The notes: a model not told the origin generated them from the sequence alone. A stretch of DNA of 56,129 nt from Candidatus Parcubacteria bacterium (GCA_003597955.1 QZJU01000008.1:1-56129), one strand, 5' to 3'; counted from the stretch's first letter, positions 27,512 through 38,101 are shown. Translations and numbers: made by a program.

Positions 27512-29587
27512 ATGCCAAGAGAATACTCACTTGAGGATACGAGGAATATCGGAATTATTGCTCATATTGATGCTGGTAAAACTACTGTATCAGAAAGAAT
27601 TTTGTTTTACACCGGCAAAAAGCATAAAATCGGCGAAGTACATGAAGGCGAAGCCGAAATGGACTGGATGGAACAGGAAAAAGAGCGGGGTATAACTATT
27701 ACCGCTGCGGCGACCACCTGCTTTTGGAAAAATAAGCGCATTAACCTGATTGACACGCCCGGGCACATTGATTTTACGGTGGAAGTTCAAAGATCTTTGC
27801 GCGTGCTGGATGGCGGCGTGGTAGTTTTTGACGGCGTGGCCGGAGTGGAATCGCAATCCGAAACCGTTTGGCATCAGGCGGAGAAGTTCGGCGTGCCCAG
27901 GATATGTTTCATAAATAAAATGGACCGGATGGGTGCGGATTTTTATTTCGACTTAAACAGCATTCACGAAAGACTAACCGCAAGAGCACACCCCTTGCAG
28001 TTGCCGATCGGCGCCGCCGAAACTTTTAAAGGCCTGGTCGATCTTCTGGAACGCAAGGCCATAATTTACAAAGACGATTTAGGCAAGGAATTTGAGCAGG
28101 TTGAAGTCCCGTCTGATATGAAAGAAAAAGTTGAAGAGTTTCGACACAAACTTTTGGAAGCGATCGTGGAACAGGATGAAAATTTATTGAACCAGTATTT
28201 GGAGGGCAAAGAGCCGCCCTTGGCCGACTTAAAAAAAGTTTTGCGCAAAGCCTGCATCAGCAACGCCATAGTTCCGGTACTGTGCGGTTCGGCTTTGAAA
28301 AACAAAGGCGTTCAGTTTTTGCTCGACGCCATCATTGAATACCTCCCAAATCCTTTGGAAATCCCCGTGACCAAAGGCATGGATCCGAAAACCAACCAGG
28401 AAATTCCTTGCGATCCGGCTGACGACAAACCGTTTGCGGCCTTGGTTTTCAAGATTGCGGCCGACCCCTTTGTGGGGAAGTTGGCTTTTTTTCGAGTTTA
28501 TTCCGGAACTTTGAACGCCGGCTCATATGTTTTAAACACCTCTACTGGCGACAAGGAGCGTATCGGCCGGATTGTCCGGTTGCACGCCAATCACCGGGAA
28601 GATGTGGATACGGTCTATGCCGGCGAAATTGCTGCGGCCGTGGGCCTAAAAAACACTTTTACCGGCCAAACCATTTGCGATCCTAATCGACCCGTGGTTT
28701 TGGAAAGCATTACTTTCCCCGCACCGGTCATTGATTTGGCGATTGAGCCCAAAACCAAAGCCGACCAGGAAAAGATGGGGCTGGCCATTCAACGCTTGGC
28801 TGAAGAAGACCCGACTTTTCGCGTAAAATACAACGAGGAAACCAACCAAACCATTATTTCCGGCATGGGCGAATTGCACCTGGAGATTATCGTTGACCGG
28901 ATGAAACGGGAATTCAAAGTCGAAGCGAATGTCGGCAAACCCCAAGTGGCTTACAAAGAAACGATTCTGGCCAACGCCGAAGGCGAAGGTAAGTATATCC
29001 GCCAGACCGGCGGCCGAGGTCAATACGGCCATTGCTGGGTTAAAGTTCAGCCCTTGGAAAGAGGCAAGGGCTATGAATTCGTGGATGAAGTCAAAGGCGG
29101 TTCGATTCCACAAGAGTACATTCAGCCCATAAACAAAGGCATTAAGGAAGCTTTGGACAAAGGCATTTTAGCCGGCTACCCGGTAATTGATATGCAAGTA
29201 ACGGTTTACGATGGTTCGTATCACGAGGTTGATTCCTCGGAAATGGCTTTTAAAATCGCCGGTTCCATGGCTGTGCAGGCCGCCGTTAAAAGGGCTAAAC
29301 CGATTTTGTTGGAGCCGATAATGAAAATTGAAGTCGTAACGCCGGAAACCTTCATGGGCGATGTGATCGGCGATCTGAATTCCAAACGCGCGCAAATAAA
29401 GGAAATGCGTGATCGCGGTAGCATGAAGGTCATTGATGCAGAAGTGCCTTTGGCGGAGATGTTTGGTTATGCCACGGCTTTAAGGTCAATGACCCAAGGT
29501 CGGGCTTCGTACAGCATGGAATTTTCCCATTACGCAGAAGTGCCCCGAAATGTGACTGAGCAGATAATCGCCAAGACCAAAGCTTAA
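27512..29587 (+). CDS. fusA: Elongation factor G
   Basis: [22 protein letters not shown]-domain motifs. 691 aa. Confidence 0.97.
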   Translation: MPREYSLEDTRNIGIIAHIDAGKTTVSERILFYTGKKHKIGEVHEGEAEMDWMEQEKERGITITAAATTCFWKNKRINLIDTPGHIDFTVEVQRSLRVLDGGVVVFDGVAGVESQSETVWHQAEKFGVPRICFINKMDRMGADFYFDLNSIHERLTARAHPLQLPIGAAETFKGLVDLLERKAIIYKDDLGKEFEQVEVPSDMKEKVEEFRHKLLEAIVEQDENLLNQYLEGKEPPLADLKKVLRKACISNAIVPVLCGSALKNKGVQFLLDAIIEYLPNPLEIPVTKGMDPKTNQEIPCDPADDKPFAALVFKIAADPFVGKLAFFRVYSGTLNAGSYVLNTSTGDKERIGRIVRLHANHREDVDTVYAGEIAAAVGLKNTFTGQTICDPNRPVVLESITFPAPVIDLAIEPKTKADQEKMGLAIQRLAEEDPTFRVKYNEETNQTIISGMGELHLEIIVDRMKREFKVEANVGKPQVAYKETILANAEGEGKYIRQTGGRGQYGHCWVKVQPLERGKGYEFVDEVKGGSIPQEYIQPINKGIKEALDKGILAGYPVIDMQVTVYDGSYHEVDSSEMAFKIAGSMAVQAAVKRAKPILLEPIMKIEVVTPETFMGDVIGDLNSKRAQIKEMRDRGSMKVIDAEVPLAEMFGYATALRSMTQGRASYSMEFSHYAEVPRNVTEQIIAKTKA

Positions 29588-29619
29588 AGGTGAATCAGGC
29601 GGTGTTTGGTTTGGGTTGA

Positions 29620-29728
29620 CCCCGCACCGCTTTCCAGCCGAATACTTTTTACCTGCTTACAGAATATTCAGCCTGGCAAATATCTTTTACGCTTAAATCC
29701 AAGACTTGAGTTGGAAAGTGGTACGGGG
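29620..29728 (+). repeat. Hairpin module copy 8 (non-pilin context, unrelated 75-nt loop)
   Basis: Arms CCCCGCACCGCTTTCCA / TGGAAAGTGGTACGGGG, pairing with one G-U and one C-A. Confidence 0.8.
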
Positions 29729-29729
29729 T

Positions 29730-29758
29730 TTGACGAAAAATTCCGGTTCTGTTATACT
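29730..29758 (+). promoter_or_regulatory. Candidate promoter of tuf
   Basis: TTGACG (29730-29735), 17-nt spacer, TATACT (29753-29758). The -35 box starts 2 nt after the hairpin module's right arm. Confidence 0.55.
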
Positions 29759-29830
29759 CGCATTTGCACTTCTTAATATTTTTGACTGTTAAAACCTTAA
29801 AAATTTAATTTAATTAACCAAAACAAGACA

Positions 29831-31015
29831 ATGGCAGAAAATTTTGATCGCTCAAAACCGCACATAAATGTTGGCACCATTGGCCATGTAGACCATGGAA
29901 AAACCACTTTAACTGCGGCGATATTAAAAACCCTCGCTGAACGGGGCATGAAAGCTCAGCAAAAAGGCGTTGACCAGATTGATAACGCCCCTGAAGAAAA
30001 AGCTCGGGGTATTACCATTGCGACCGCGCACGTGGAGTACGAATCCGAAAAAAGGCACTACGCCCATGTTGACTGCCCGGGGCACGCGGATTATGTCAAA
30101 AACATGATTACCGGTGCGGCCCAGATGGATGGGGCAATTCTGGTCGTTTCCGCTGCTGACGGTCCCATGCCGCAAACCCGCGAACACATTCTTTTGGCTC
30201 GCCAAGTCGGCGTGCCGTACATCGTCGTCTTTATGAATAAAGTCGACATGGTTAACGACCCCGAACTCATCGATTTAGTCGAGGTTGAAATTCGCGATCT
30301 ATTAAAGAAATATGAATTCCCGGGTGAAACTACCCCGATTATCCGCGGCTCGGCCTTGAAGGCTCTGGAAGGCGACAAAGCTTCCCAGGACGCCATTATG
30401 CAATTAGTCAAAACTTTGGATGAATACATTCCCGAACCCAAACGCGATTTGGACAAGCCTTTTCTTATGCCGGTTGAAGATATATTCTCCATTGAAGGTC
30501 GCGGCACGGTTGCGACTGGCAGAATTGAGAGGGGCGTAATTAAGATCAACGAAGAAGTTGAAATCGTCGGCATTAAGGAAACTAAGAAAACCGTTATTAC
30601 CGGCATTGAAATGTTCAATAAATCATTGGAGCAGGGGCAAGCCGGCGACAATGCGGGCTTGCTTTTGCGGGGCACCAAGAAAGACGAAATCGAAAGAGGT
30701 CAAGTTTTGGCCAAGCCCGGCACTATCACTCCTCACACTGAATTCGAGTCAGAATGCTATATCTTGACCAAAGAAGAAGGTGGACGGCACACGCCTTTTA
30801 TGAAAGGCTACAAACCGCAGTTTTACATCCGGACTACAGATGTGACTGGCGAAGTGACCTTACCCGCTGGTACTGAAATGGTAATGCCTGGCGATACGGT
30901 CAAATTAGTCATTAAGCTTGTTGCTCCGGTCGCGTTGGAAGAAAAGCAGAGATTCGCAATTCGGGAAGGCGGTCACACGGTTGGCGCGGGTGTTGTCTTG
31001 AAAATTATGAAATAA
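29831..31015 (+). CDS. tuf: Elongation factor Tu
   Basis: [22 protein letters not shown]. 394 aa. Confidence 0.98.
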   Translation: MAENFDRSKPHINVGTIGHVDHGKTTLTAAILKTLAERGMKAQQKGVDQIDNAPEEKARGITIATAHVEYESEKRHYAHVDCPGHADYVKNMITGAAQMDGAILVVSAADGPMPQTREHILLARQVGVPYIVVFMNKVDMVNDPELIDLVEVEIRDLLKKYEFPGETTPIIRGSALKALEGDKASQDAIMQLVKTLDEYIPEPKRDLDKPFLMPVEDIFSIEGRGTVATGRIERGVIKINEEVEIVGIKETKKTVITGIEMFNKSLEQGQAGDNAGLLLRGTKKDEIERGQVLAKPGTITPHTEFESECYILTKEEGGRHTPFMKGYKPQFYIRTTDVTGEVTLPAGTEMVMPGDTVKLVIKLVAPVALEEKQRFAIREGGHTVGAGVVLKIMK

Positions 31016-31022
31016 TAATTAA

Positions 31023-31054
31023 GCGCCCCGACCCCGTTAACGGGGTCGGGGCGC
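31023..31054 (+). terminator. Perfect 14-bp GC-rich hairpin after tuf
   Basis: GCGCCCCGACCCCG-TTAA-CGGGGTCGGGGCGC, followed by T-rich sequence. Confidence 0.7.
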
Positions 31055-31096
31055 CCTTAATTCTTAATTTGTTCTTTTGCCCTTTTATAGCTAAAA

Positions 31097-31453
31097 ATGA
31101 ATACTGAAGAAACACAATTGAATACCGCCCCGCGGCCGGAAGAAGAAGTTCATCAACGAATTAGAATTCGGATTCGGGGTTACGATCACAAAATAATCGA
31201 TCAATCGATCGAAACAATCATGGAAACCGCCAAGCGCACAGGCGCAACTGTTCGTGGTCCCATCCCTCTGCCCACCGAAAAAAATCGTTTCACGGTGATC
31301 CGGTCTTCTTTTGCCCACAAAAATTCTCGTGAACAATATGAAATGCGGACGCATAAAAGGCTGCTGGACATCGTGGATCCAACCCCAAAAACCGTTGATG
31401 CCCTAATGAATTTAAATTTACCAGCCGGGGTTGACGTGGAAATAAAAATGTAG
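31097..31453 (+). CDS. rpsJ: 30S ribosomal protein S10 (short N-terminal extension)
   Basis: [17 protein letters not shown]...[17 protein letters not shown]...HKRLLDI. Confidence 0.95.
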   Translation: MNTEETQLNTAPRPEEEVHQRIRIRIRGYDHKIIDQSIETIMETAKRTGATVRGPIPLPTEKNRFTVIRSSFAHKNSREQYEMRTHKRLLDIVDPTPKTVDALMNLNLPAGVDVEIKM

Positions 31454-31681
31454 TTAAATGTTTTGAGGTCAGATTTCGTTTAAAATCCGAAATTTAGCCT
31501 TAAAATATTTTTACACCTATCGGCAGATAGGTTCTCGGGCTGAAAATACAGGTTTTTTAAGAATCGAGTCTTAAGCCCCAGATAACGATTTGCCCATTCT
31601 TTCCTTCCAAAGGTTTTAACGCCTGAGGAAAGCAATCTGGCATCTCAACAGTCGCCAGATTTTATTTTCTTTATAAGTTGT

Positions 31682-32290
31682 ATGGCCTTTATTCTCGCAA
31701 AAAAAATTGGCGTTAGCCAAAGGTTTACGGCAAACGGCTCGGTCGTCCCCGTAACTTTGGTGCAAGCCGGACCTTGCATAGTTACGCAAGTGAAAACTTC
31801 CGCCAAAGACGGTTATGATGCCGTGCAGGTTGGGTTTGAAGAGGTTCGCAAGCCGTTAGCCAAAGCCAAGGCCGGACACCTGCGCGAGACCAAACCCTTG
31901 AAGCATTTAAAGGAGTTTCGAGTTGCTAATTCTGAAGAATTTACCAAGGGCAAGGTTCTGGATGTTACCCTTTTTAAACCCGGAGAAAAGGTGAAAATCA
32001 CCGGAGTTTCCAAAGGTAAGGGTTTTCAGGGTGTGGTCAGGCGGCATCACTTTGGCGGCGGGCCGGCCAGTCACGGACATAAGGACAATTTACGAATGCC
32101 AGGCTCAATTGGCGCCACTTTTCCGCAGCATGTCATGAAAGGCTTGCGAATGGCCGGACACATGGGCAGCCGAAAAGTCAGCACGCGCAATTTGGAAATC
32201 GTGGAAGTTGAGCCGAATGAAAATCTTATGGCGATTAAAGGCGCGGTGCCGGGCGTGCGAAATTCTCTGGTAATGATCCAGACGCTTTAA
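31682..32290 (+). CDS. rplC: 50S ribosomal protein L3
   Basis: GVSKGKGFQGVVRRHHFGGGPASHG. Confidence 0.95.
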   Translation: MAFILAKKIGVSQRFTANGSVVPVTLVQAGPCIVTQVKTSAKDGYDAVQVGFEEVRKPLAKAKAGHLRETKPLKHLKEFRVANSEEFTKGKVLDVTLFKPGEKVKITGVSKGKGFQGVVRRHHFGGGPASHGHKDNLRMPGSIGATFPQHVMKGLRMAGHMGSRKVSTRNLEIVEVEPNENLMAIKGAVPGVRNSLVMIQTL

Positions 32291-32298
32291 AATAAGTT

Positions 32299-32946
32299 AT
32301 GCTTAACCCAAGTTTAAAAATTTCCGTTTTTTCCGAAGCTGGCAAACCAGTGAAACAGCTAGAATTGCCTAAAGAAATTTTTGGTGTGAAACCCAAGACC
32401 GACTTGTTGCACTTTGTGGCGAATGCGTATTTAGCCAACCAGCGCTTGGGTCTGGCTCATACCAAAACCAAAGCCGAAGTCCGTGGTGGCGGTCGTAAAC
32501 CCTGGCGTCAAAAAGGCACGGGGCGGGCTAGACAGGGCTCGATCCGAAGTCCGCAATGGCGCGGCGGCGGCGTGATCTTTGGTCCGCGTAGTAATCGAAA
32601 TTGGTCAGTAAAAATCAATCAAAAAGTTAAGCAGCTAGCTTTAGCTATGTCCTTATCCTCGAAATTGGCCGATCAAAGGCTAACCGTTGTCGATAAGTTG
32701 CCCACGGACGGGAAAACGAAAACTTTTGCCAAATTATTGCTGGCTAACAAGTTAAAAAGCAGAATCCTGGTGATCGCGGAAAAAACCCCGGTGGAACTAT
32801 TGCGCGCTATCCGTAATTTGAAAAATTTAAAAATTATCCGTGCCGACAGCCTGAATGCGCTCGATGCGTTGCAGTGCCGGTACTTGCTGATTTCTGAACC
32901 AAGTTTAGAAATCATTAAGCAAACCTTTTTTAAGAAAAATAAGTAA
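32299..32946 (+). CDS. rplD: 50S ribosomal protein L4
   Basis: RGGGRKPWRQKGTGRARQGSIRSPQWRGGGVIFGP. Confidence 0.95.
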   Translation: MLNPSLKISVFSEAGKPVKQLELPKEIFGVKPKTDLLHFVANAYLANQRLGLAHTKTKAEVRGGGRKPWRQKGTGRARQGSIRSPQWRGGGVIFGPRSNRNWSVKINQKVKQLALAMSLSSKLADQRLTVVDKLPTDGKTKTFAKLLLANKLKSRILVIAEKTPVELLRAIRNLKNLKIIRADSLNALDALQCRYLLISEPSLEIIKQTFFKKNK

Positions 32947-32954
32947 GTAAATGT

Positions 32955-33410
32955 ATGGGTTTGTTTGATCGATTAAGAAAAAAGCACGAAGCTGGCGGCC
33001 AGGCCAAAAAACCTGTGCATATTGCTGATAAATCCAAAAAAGCCGAATCTAAAGTTAAAGCGGAAACAAAAACTGAACCAGCAAAAACAAAAAAGGCCGA
33101 ACCAAAAACCAAATTGGTTAAGCAGCAAACGCAGGAAGCTTATCGGATTTTATTAAAGCCTTTGCAGACTGAAAAGCTTTCAAAACTCGGCCGAATTAAT
33201 CAATACGGCTTTGCCGTGCCGGTTCAGGCCACAAAGGTTGAAATCGGAAAGGCCGTAAAAGCCTTGTATGGTGTACAGCCGCTTAAGATTAATTGCGTGA
33301 AATACCCGGGCAAAGCCGTAAGATTTGGCCGAACCCAAGGCCGGCAAAAAGCTTGGAAAAAAGCCTATGTGTTGCTGAAGCCCGGGCAAACCATTGATAC
33401 CTCAAGTTAA
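32955..33410 (+). CDS. rplW: 50S ribosomal protein L23 with Lys-rich N-terminal extension
   Basis: C-terminal 95 aa are L23-like (ILLKPLQTEK...FAVPVQATKVEIGKAVKALYGV). About 55 aa of KxE/K-rich extension. Confidence 0.9.
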   Translation: MGLFDRLRKKHEAGGQAKKPVHIADKSKKAESKVKAETKTEPAKTKKAEPKTKLVKQQTQEAYRILLKPLQTEKLSKLGRINQYGFAVPVQATKVEIGKAVKALYGVQPLKINCVKYPGKAVRFGRTQGRQKAWKKAYVLLKPGQTIDTSS

Positions 33411-33413
33411 TTT

Positions 33414-34253
33414 ATGGCAATAAAAATTTACAAACCAACGACTCCGGGCCGACGCTTTGCTTCGGTAATCGACTGGAAAAAGGAAATTACAAAGGCAAAG
33501 CCCCAAAGATCTTTGCTAGTTTCCAAAAAAAGTTTGGCGGGCCGGAACAACCAGGGCAAAATAACTACGCGCCATCGTGGAGGCGGGGCTAAAAGAAAAA
33601 TTCGCTTGGTGGATTTTTTGCAAGCAAAATATGACGTGCCCGCTAAGGTTTTGGGCATTGAATACGATCCGAATCGTTCTGCCAACTTGGCATTGCTGCA
33701 GTACCCTGATGGTGAAAAATGTTATATTTTGGCTTCGGCGGATTTGCGCCCAGGTATGGAGGTAGTGAGCGCCCAACATCGTACTGAAATTAATCCCAGC
33801 AACCGTATGCCTCTGAAAGATATTCCAATCGGCATGCCAATTCATAATTTGGAATTGAACCCGGGCCGCGGCGGAGTCGCGGTAAGATCGGCCGGCGCTT
33901 GGGCCGTAGTTATGGGGGTGGAAGGCGAATTCGCCCAGGTCAAGATGTCGTCTGGTGAAATCCGGCTAATCTCGGCTAATGCCAGAGCTTCCCTGGGACA
34001 AGTTTCTAATGTCGATCATCGGAATGTGAGATTGGGCAAAGCCGGGCGCAAAAGACACTTGGGTTTTCGGCCAACAGTTCGCGGCAAAGCCATGAATCCT
34101 GTGGATCATCCGCACGGCGGCGGCGAAGGCAATCAGCCCATTGGTCTCAAGCACCCCAAGACCCCTTGGGGTAAACCAGCTCTGGGTGTGCCAACGCGTA
34201 TTAAAGGTAAGCATTCAGATCGCTTTATTTTAAAAACCCGTAAATCCAAATAA
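33414..34253 (+). CDS. rplB: 50S ribosomal protein L2
   Basis: ...RGKAMNPVDHPHGGGEG.... Confidence 0.97.
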   Translation: MAIKIYKPTTPGRRFASVIDWKKEITKAKPQRSLLVSKKSLAGRNNQGKITTRHRGGGAKRKIRLVDFLQAKYDVPAKVLGIEYDPNRSANLALLQYPDGEKCYILASADLRPGMEVVSAQHRTEINPSNRMPLKDIPIGMPIHNLELNPGRGGVAVRSAGAWAVVMGVEGEFAQVKMSSGEIRLISANARASLGQVSNVDHRNVRLGKAGRKRHLGFRPTVRGKAMNPVDHPHGGGEGNQPIGLKHPKTPWGKPALGVPTRIKGKHSDRFILKTRKSK

Positions 34254-34260
34254 TTAACTT

Positions 34261-34596
34261 ATGTCTAGATCTCTAAAAAAAGGTCCGTTTACTGATTCCA
34301 AACTGCTGAAAAAAGTCGGCAAACTTAAAGCCGGCGACAAGACGCTGATAAAAACCTGGTCGCGCGATTCGGTTATAACTCCGGAGATGGTCGGCTTTAC
34401 TTTTGGTGTACACAACGGCAAAAATCATATTTCGGTGAACGTTAGCGAAAATATGGTCGGTCACCGCTTGGGTGAATTCGCGCCGACGCGCAAGTTCGTC
34501 AAACACGGCGGACGTATGCAGCGGGAAGCCGAGCTCGCCGCCGCCGCAGCCGTCAAAACGGAGACTAAAGCGCCCGAGGCGCCTGAAAAGAAATAA
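34261..34596 (+). CDS. rpsS: 30S ribosomal protein S19
   Basis: SRSLKKGPF...[23 protein letters not shown]. Confidence 0.96.
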   Translation: MSRSLKKGPFTDSKLLKKVGKLKAGDKTLIKTWSRDSVITPEMVGFTFGVHNGKNHISVNVSENMVGHRLGEFAPTRKFVKHGGRMQREAELAAAAAVKTETKAPEAPEKK

Positions 34597-34599
34597 TTT

Positions 34600-35037
34600 A
34601 TGGAAAGCAAAGCTATCTTGCGAAATTTAAGATTCGCCCCGCGAAAAGTCAGGCTGGTCGCCGGGCTCTTGCGAGGCAAGAACGCCACGGAGGCCCGGGC
34701 AATCCTGCAAAACCTACCCAAAGGCTCCAGCCTGCCGTTTTTAAAGCTTTTGCAGTCGGCAGTGGCGAATGCCAAACAGAAAATTTCAATCACTGATGAT
34801 AAGCTAGTAATAAGCGAAATTCAGGTTGACATGGCTCCTCGGTTAAAAAGGTACGAACCGCGCGCCATGGGAAAGGCCGATGTGATTTTGAAGCATGCTT
34901 CGCACATTAAGCTTATACTTAAATCCACTGTCGAAACCGCGCCGGCCAAGCCCGCAAAACAACCGGCAAAAGCGGCCACTCAGTCAGCCAGTAAAAAAAC
35001 AGGCGATTCTAAGACTCATTCAAAGAAATCAAAGTAA
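34600..35037 (+). CDS. rplV: 50S ribosomal protein L22 (C-terminal extension)
   Basis: AILRNLRFAPRKVRLVAGLLRGKNATEA. Confidence 0.93.
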   Translation: MESKAILRNLRFAPRKVRLVAGLLRGKNATEARAILQNLPKGSSLPFLKLLQSAVANAKQKISITDDKLVISEIQVDMAPRLKRYEPRAMGKADVILKHASHIKLILKSTVETAPAKPAKQPAKAATQSASKKTGDSKTHSKKSK

Positions 35038-35041
35038 TTTT

Positions 35042-35695
35042 ATGGGACAAAAAACTCACCCAATGGCGTTTCGACTAGGTACGACTACAGATTGGACTTC
35101 AAAGTGGTTCGCCAAACGGGATTTTCACCAATTGCTGAAACAAGATGTTGAAGTAAAGAAAGCAATAAAGCTTAAGCTCCGGGCGGCCGGCGTTGCCCGG
35201 GTTGAAATTGAAAGATCGGGCAATTCGGTCACGGTTACGATTGTAACCGCCAAACCGGGGATTGTTATTGGTCGGGGCGGGGCAGGCGTTGAAGATTTGA
35301 AGAAGGCTTTGGCCAAGTTTTTCCCCGGTAATGTCAAATTCCGAGTAAACATTCAAGAAGTCGCTAATCCTTCATTGGTGGCCCAACTGGTCGTCCAGAA
35401 CATGATTGAACAGCTGGAAAAAAGATTGCCCTTTCGCCGCATTCTTAAGCAAGCCGTTGATCAGGTTAAAAAGGCTGGCGGTCAGGGCGTTAAAGTTATG
35501 GTGGCCGGCCGTTTGAACGGCGCGGACATCGCTCGCACCGAAGCCTTGAGCTGGGGCAAACTGCCGTTGCAGACCTTGCGCGCGGATGTGGACTTTGCTC
35601 GCGGCGCCGCGTTTACAACTTATGGCGCTATTGGCGTGAAAGTTTGGATCTACCGCGGCGAAATTTTTCACAAAAAGAACGAAGAAGGCAAATAA
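35042..35695 (+). CDS. rpsC: 30S ribosomal protein S3
   Basis: MGQKTHPMAFRLG..., KH domain. Start trimmed from track 34895, which overlaps rplV, to ATG 35042. Confidence 0.95.
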   Translation: MGQKTHPMAFRLGTTTDWTSKWFAKRDFHQLLKQDVEVKKAIKLKLRAAGVARVEIERSGNSVTVTIVTAKPGIVIGRGGAGVEDLKKALAKFFPGNVKFRVNIQEVANPSLVAQLVVQNMIEQLEKRLPFRRILKQAVDQVKKAGGQGVKVMVAGRLNGADIARTEALSWGKLPLQTLRADVDFARGAAFTTYGAIGVKVWIYRGEIFHKKNEEGK

Positions 35696-35698
35696 TTT

Positions 35699-36106
35699 AT
35701 GTTAACCCCCAAAAAAGTCAAACACCGCAAGCATCACCGTGGCCGCATCTCGGGTTTTGCCACGCAAAAAACCAATTTGAGTTTTGGCGCCTTTGGGTTA
35801 AAGGTCATGGAAGCCGGGTGGGTTTCGGCCCGTCAGATTGAGGCCGCTAGACGGGCGATTACTCGTTTACTACATCGCGGGGGTAAGATATGGATCCGCG
35901 TATTTCCAGACAAGGCCGTGACTATAAAAGGATCAGAGATCCGTATGGGTGGTGGCAAGGGGCCGGTTGACCACTATGTGGCAGTAGTTAAACCCGGTAC
36001 GATAATGTTTGAACTTGACGGTATTACGCCAGCTTTAGCCAAGGAAGCACTGGATTTAGCCGCGTACAAACTTTCAGTGAAGACCAAATTTATCGCCAAA
36101 ATTTAA
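35699..36106 (+). CDS. rplP: 50S ribosomal protein L16
   Basis: MLTPKKVKHRKHHRG...IWIRVFPDK. Confidence 0.96.
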   Translation: MLTPKKVKHRKHHRGRISGFATQKTNLSFGAFGLKVMEAGWVSARQIEAARRAITRLLHRGGKIWIRVFPDKAVTIKGSEIRMGGGKGPVDHYVAVVKPGTIMFELDGITPALAKEALDLAAYKLSVKTKFIAKI

Positions 36107-36122
36107 AATTCTAGAAAAACCT

Positions 36123-36326
36123 ATGGATTTGAAAGAATTAAAAATTAAGAATTCCTCGGAGCTGAAAAATTTATTGGCCGAAAGCCGAGAACGTTTGCGG
36201 GATTTGCGGTTTAAATTGGCGCAAGACGCTCAGAAGGATGTGAGAGAAATCCGGTCCGCAAAAAAATTAATTGCCAGAATTTTAACATTAATCAAGCAGC
36301 AAGAATTAAAACCCGTTAAAAAGTAA
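36123..36326 (+). CDS. rpmC: 50S ribosomal protein L29
   Basis: 67 aa, LRFKLAQ motif, conserved position between L16 and S17. Confidence 0.88.
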   Translation: MDLKELKIKNSSELKNLLAESRERLRDLRFKLAQDAQKDVREIRSAKKLIARILTLIKQQELKPVKK

Positions 36327-36330
36327 GTTT

Positions 36331-36591
36331 ATGTCCGAAAACTCTCCCAAAGAAATGCAAAGGACTTTTTCCGGCACTGTCGTATCAACAAAAATGCAGA
36401 AGACTCTGGCGGTTAGGGTGGACAGAGTCCTGGTTCATTCCAAGTACGGCAAACGCTTCGTTTCCAGTAAAAAGTATCTTGTCGACGCACCGACCGGTAA
36501 GTTCGAAGTTGGCCAAAAAGTCGAATTCGCGGAGTGCCGGCCGTTGTCCAGGCGAAAGCGCTGGCGCGTGATTACTAGATCGGAAAAATAA
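36331..36591 (+). CDS. rpsQ: 30S ribosomal protein S17
   Basis: GTVVSTKMQKTLAVRVDRVLVHSKYGKR. Confidence 0.93.
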   Translation: MSENSPKEMQRTFSGTVVSTKMQKTLAVRVDRVLVHSKYGKRFVSSKKYLVDAPTGKFEVGQKVEFAECRPLSRRKRWRVITRSEK

Positions 36592-36594
36592 TTT

Positions 36595-36966
36595 ATGGTT
36601 CAATTTCGTTCAAAACTGGTTTCCGCCGACAATACTGGCGCAAAAAACCTGCAGATAATCACGGTTTTAGGCGGCTATAAAAAGCGTTACGCGAAAATCG
36701 GGGATATAGTTCGCGTTGTGGTTAAGGATGCAATTCCGCACGCTAGCGTTAAAAAGGGTGAAATGCATTTTGCCGTGATCGTCCGCCAGCGCAAGGAAAC
36801 TCGTCGCGCCGACGGTTCTTACATTCGTTTTGACGATAATGCCGGAGTTATTGTTGACCCCAAATCCAAAGATCCTAAAGGCAGTCGAATTTTCGGGCCG
36901 GTGGCTAGAGAGCTTAAAAACAAAGGTTTTACCAAACTTATTTCTTTAGCTCCTGAAGTTTTATAA
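36595..36966 (+). CDS. rplN: 50S ribosomal protein L14
   Basis: [17 protein letters not shown]...IRFDDNAGV. Confidence 0.96.
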   Translation: MVQFRSKLVSADNTGAKNLQIITVLGGYKKRYAKIGDIVRVVVKDAIPHASVKKGEMHFAVIVRQRKETRRADGSYIRFDDNAGVIVDPKSKDPKGSRIFGPVARELKNKGFTKLISLAPEVL

Positions 36967-36970
36967 ATCT

Positions 36971-37285
36971 ATGAATTTCAAGACTAGCGATCAGGTTTAT
37001 GTCATTCGCGGCCAAGGTCGCGGGAAAAAAGGCAAAGTTTTGCAGGTTTTCCCTGGCAAAGATTTGGTCGTGGTCGAGGGCGTTAATGAGCGGACTCGCC
37101 ACATTCGCAGCCGCAAGAGCCGGGAAAAAGGCCAAAAGATCTCATTTTTTGCGCCGATTTCGGCGGCTAATGCCATGCTTTTTTGCACCAAGTGTGGCAA
37201 ACCACGACGTCGCAAAATCTTTGTTTCGGCCGACGGTAAGAAACAGCGTGTCTGCGTTAAATGTAATTCCGTCTTTGGTTTATGA
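36971..37285 (+). CDS. rplX: 50S ribosomal protein L24 (C-terminal CxxC...CxxC variant)
   Basis: KOW region VYVIRGQGRGKKGKVLQV. C-terminus CTKCGK...CVKCN. Confidence 0.9.
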   Translation: MNFKTSDQVYVIRGQGRGKKGKVLQVFPGKDLVVVEGVNERTRHIRSRKSREKGQKISFFAPISAANAMLFCTKCGKPRRRKIFVSADGKKQRVCVKCNSVFGL

Positions 37286-37902
37286 AAAATTTAACCCCCA
37301 GATTATTGGAAAAATATCGGAAAATTATCATCCCAACCCTGATGAAAGACTTGGGGTTGGCGAATGTTAATGCCGTGCCAAAAATCCATAAAATCGTCAT
37401 TAATTCCAGCTTTGGCAATGGCCTAAAAGATGCCAAATTGCAAGAGGTGGTGGTCTCGACTTTGACCAGAATCAGCGGGCAAAAACCGGTTTTAACCAAA
37501 GCCCGGAAATCCATTTCGGCTTTTAAGGTCCGTAAAGGCATGGCCATCGGTGCCTCGGTCACCTTAAGAGGCCACCGAATGTATGAGTTTCTGGATAAGC
37601 TTATAAATGTCGCTCTGCCTAGAATTCGTGATTTTCGGGGAGTTTCACCTGAGGCCCTTGATCAGCAAGGAAATTTTTCAATCGGTTTTAAGGAGCATTT
37701 GGCCTTTCCCGAAATTCGTTCCGATGAAGTGGAAAAAATTCATGGCCTAGAAGTTGTCCTTTGCACGACAGCCCAAAACCCTAAAACCGGTCAAGCCCTG
37801 TTGCACGCCTTTGGTTTTCCTTTCCGTGAGGATGTGAAGACTTCCGAAGACACTTTAAGACCCAAAAAACCGGAATTAAAATCCAAGAAATCTAATAAAT
37901 AA
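37282..37902 (+). CDS. rplE: 50S ribosomal protein L5 (Lys-rich C-terminal extension)
   Basis: ...[18 protein letters not shown]..., [14 protein letters not shown]. Confidence 0.95.
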   Translation: MKNLTPRLLEKYRKIIIPTLMKDLGLANVNAVPKIHKIVINSSFGNGLKDAKLQEVVVSTLTRISGQKPVLTKARKSISAFKVRKGMAIGASVTLRGHRMYEFLDKLINVALPRIRDFRGVSPEALDQQGNFSIGFKEHLAFPEIRSDEVEKIHGLEVVLCTTAQNPKTGQALLHAFGFPFREDVKTSEDTLRPKKPELKSKKSNK

Positions 37903-37903
37903 T

Positions 37904-38089
37904 ATGTCCACCCAAGCCTTACAGGCGAAAGCCAAACGTAAAACCAAATTCTCCACTCGAAAAATCCGGCGCTGTTGGCGTTGCGGCCGGCGGCGAGGCT
38001 ATATGCGGAAATTCGATCTCTGCCGCATATGTGTAAGAGAACTGGCTAACCGTGGAGAAATTCCGGGTTTGCGTAAAGCAAGTTGGTAA
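37904..38089 (+). CDS. rpsN: 30S ribosomal protein S14, type Z (zinc form)
   Basis: 61 aa, [25 protein letters not shown]...PGLRKASW. Confidence 0.95.
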   Translation: MSTQALQAKAKRKTKFSTRKIRRCWRCGRRRGYMRKFDLCRICVRELANRGEIPGLRKASW

Positions 38090-38101
38090 ATTATTAAAAA
38101 T

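Noticed and set aside
27590-31354. Numerous 60-195 aa ORFs antisense to or out of frame with fusA, tuf and rpsJ (e.g. 28646-29113, 30091-30678, 31091-31354)
   Set aside because: They lie wholly inside strongly conserved genes, have odd composition and show no start context. The same reasoning applies to similar shadow ORFs throughout the window (ligA, gatA, dnaB, ribosomal genes, recombinases).
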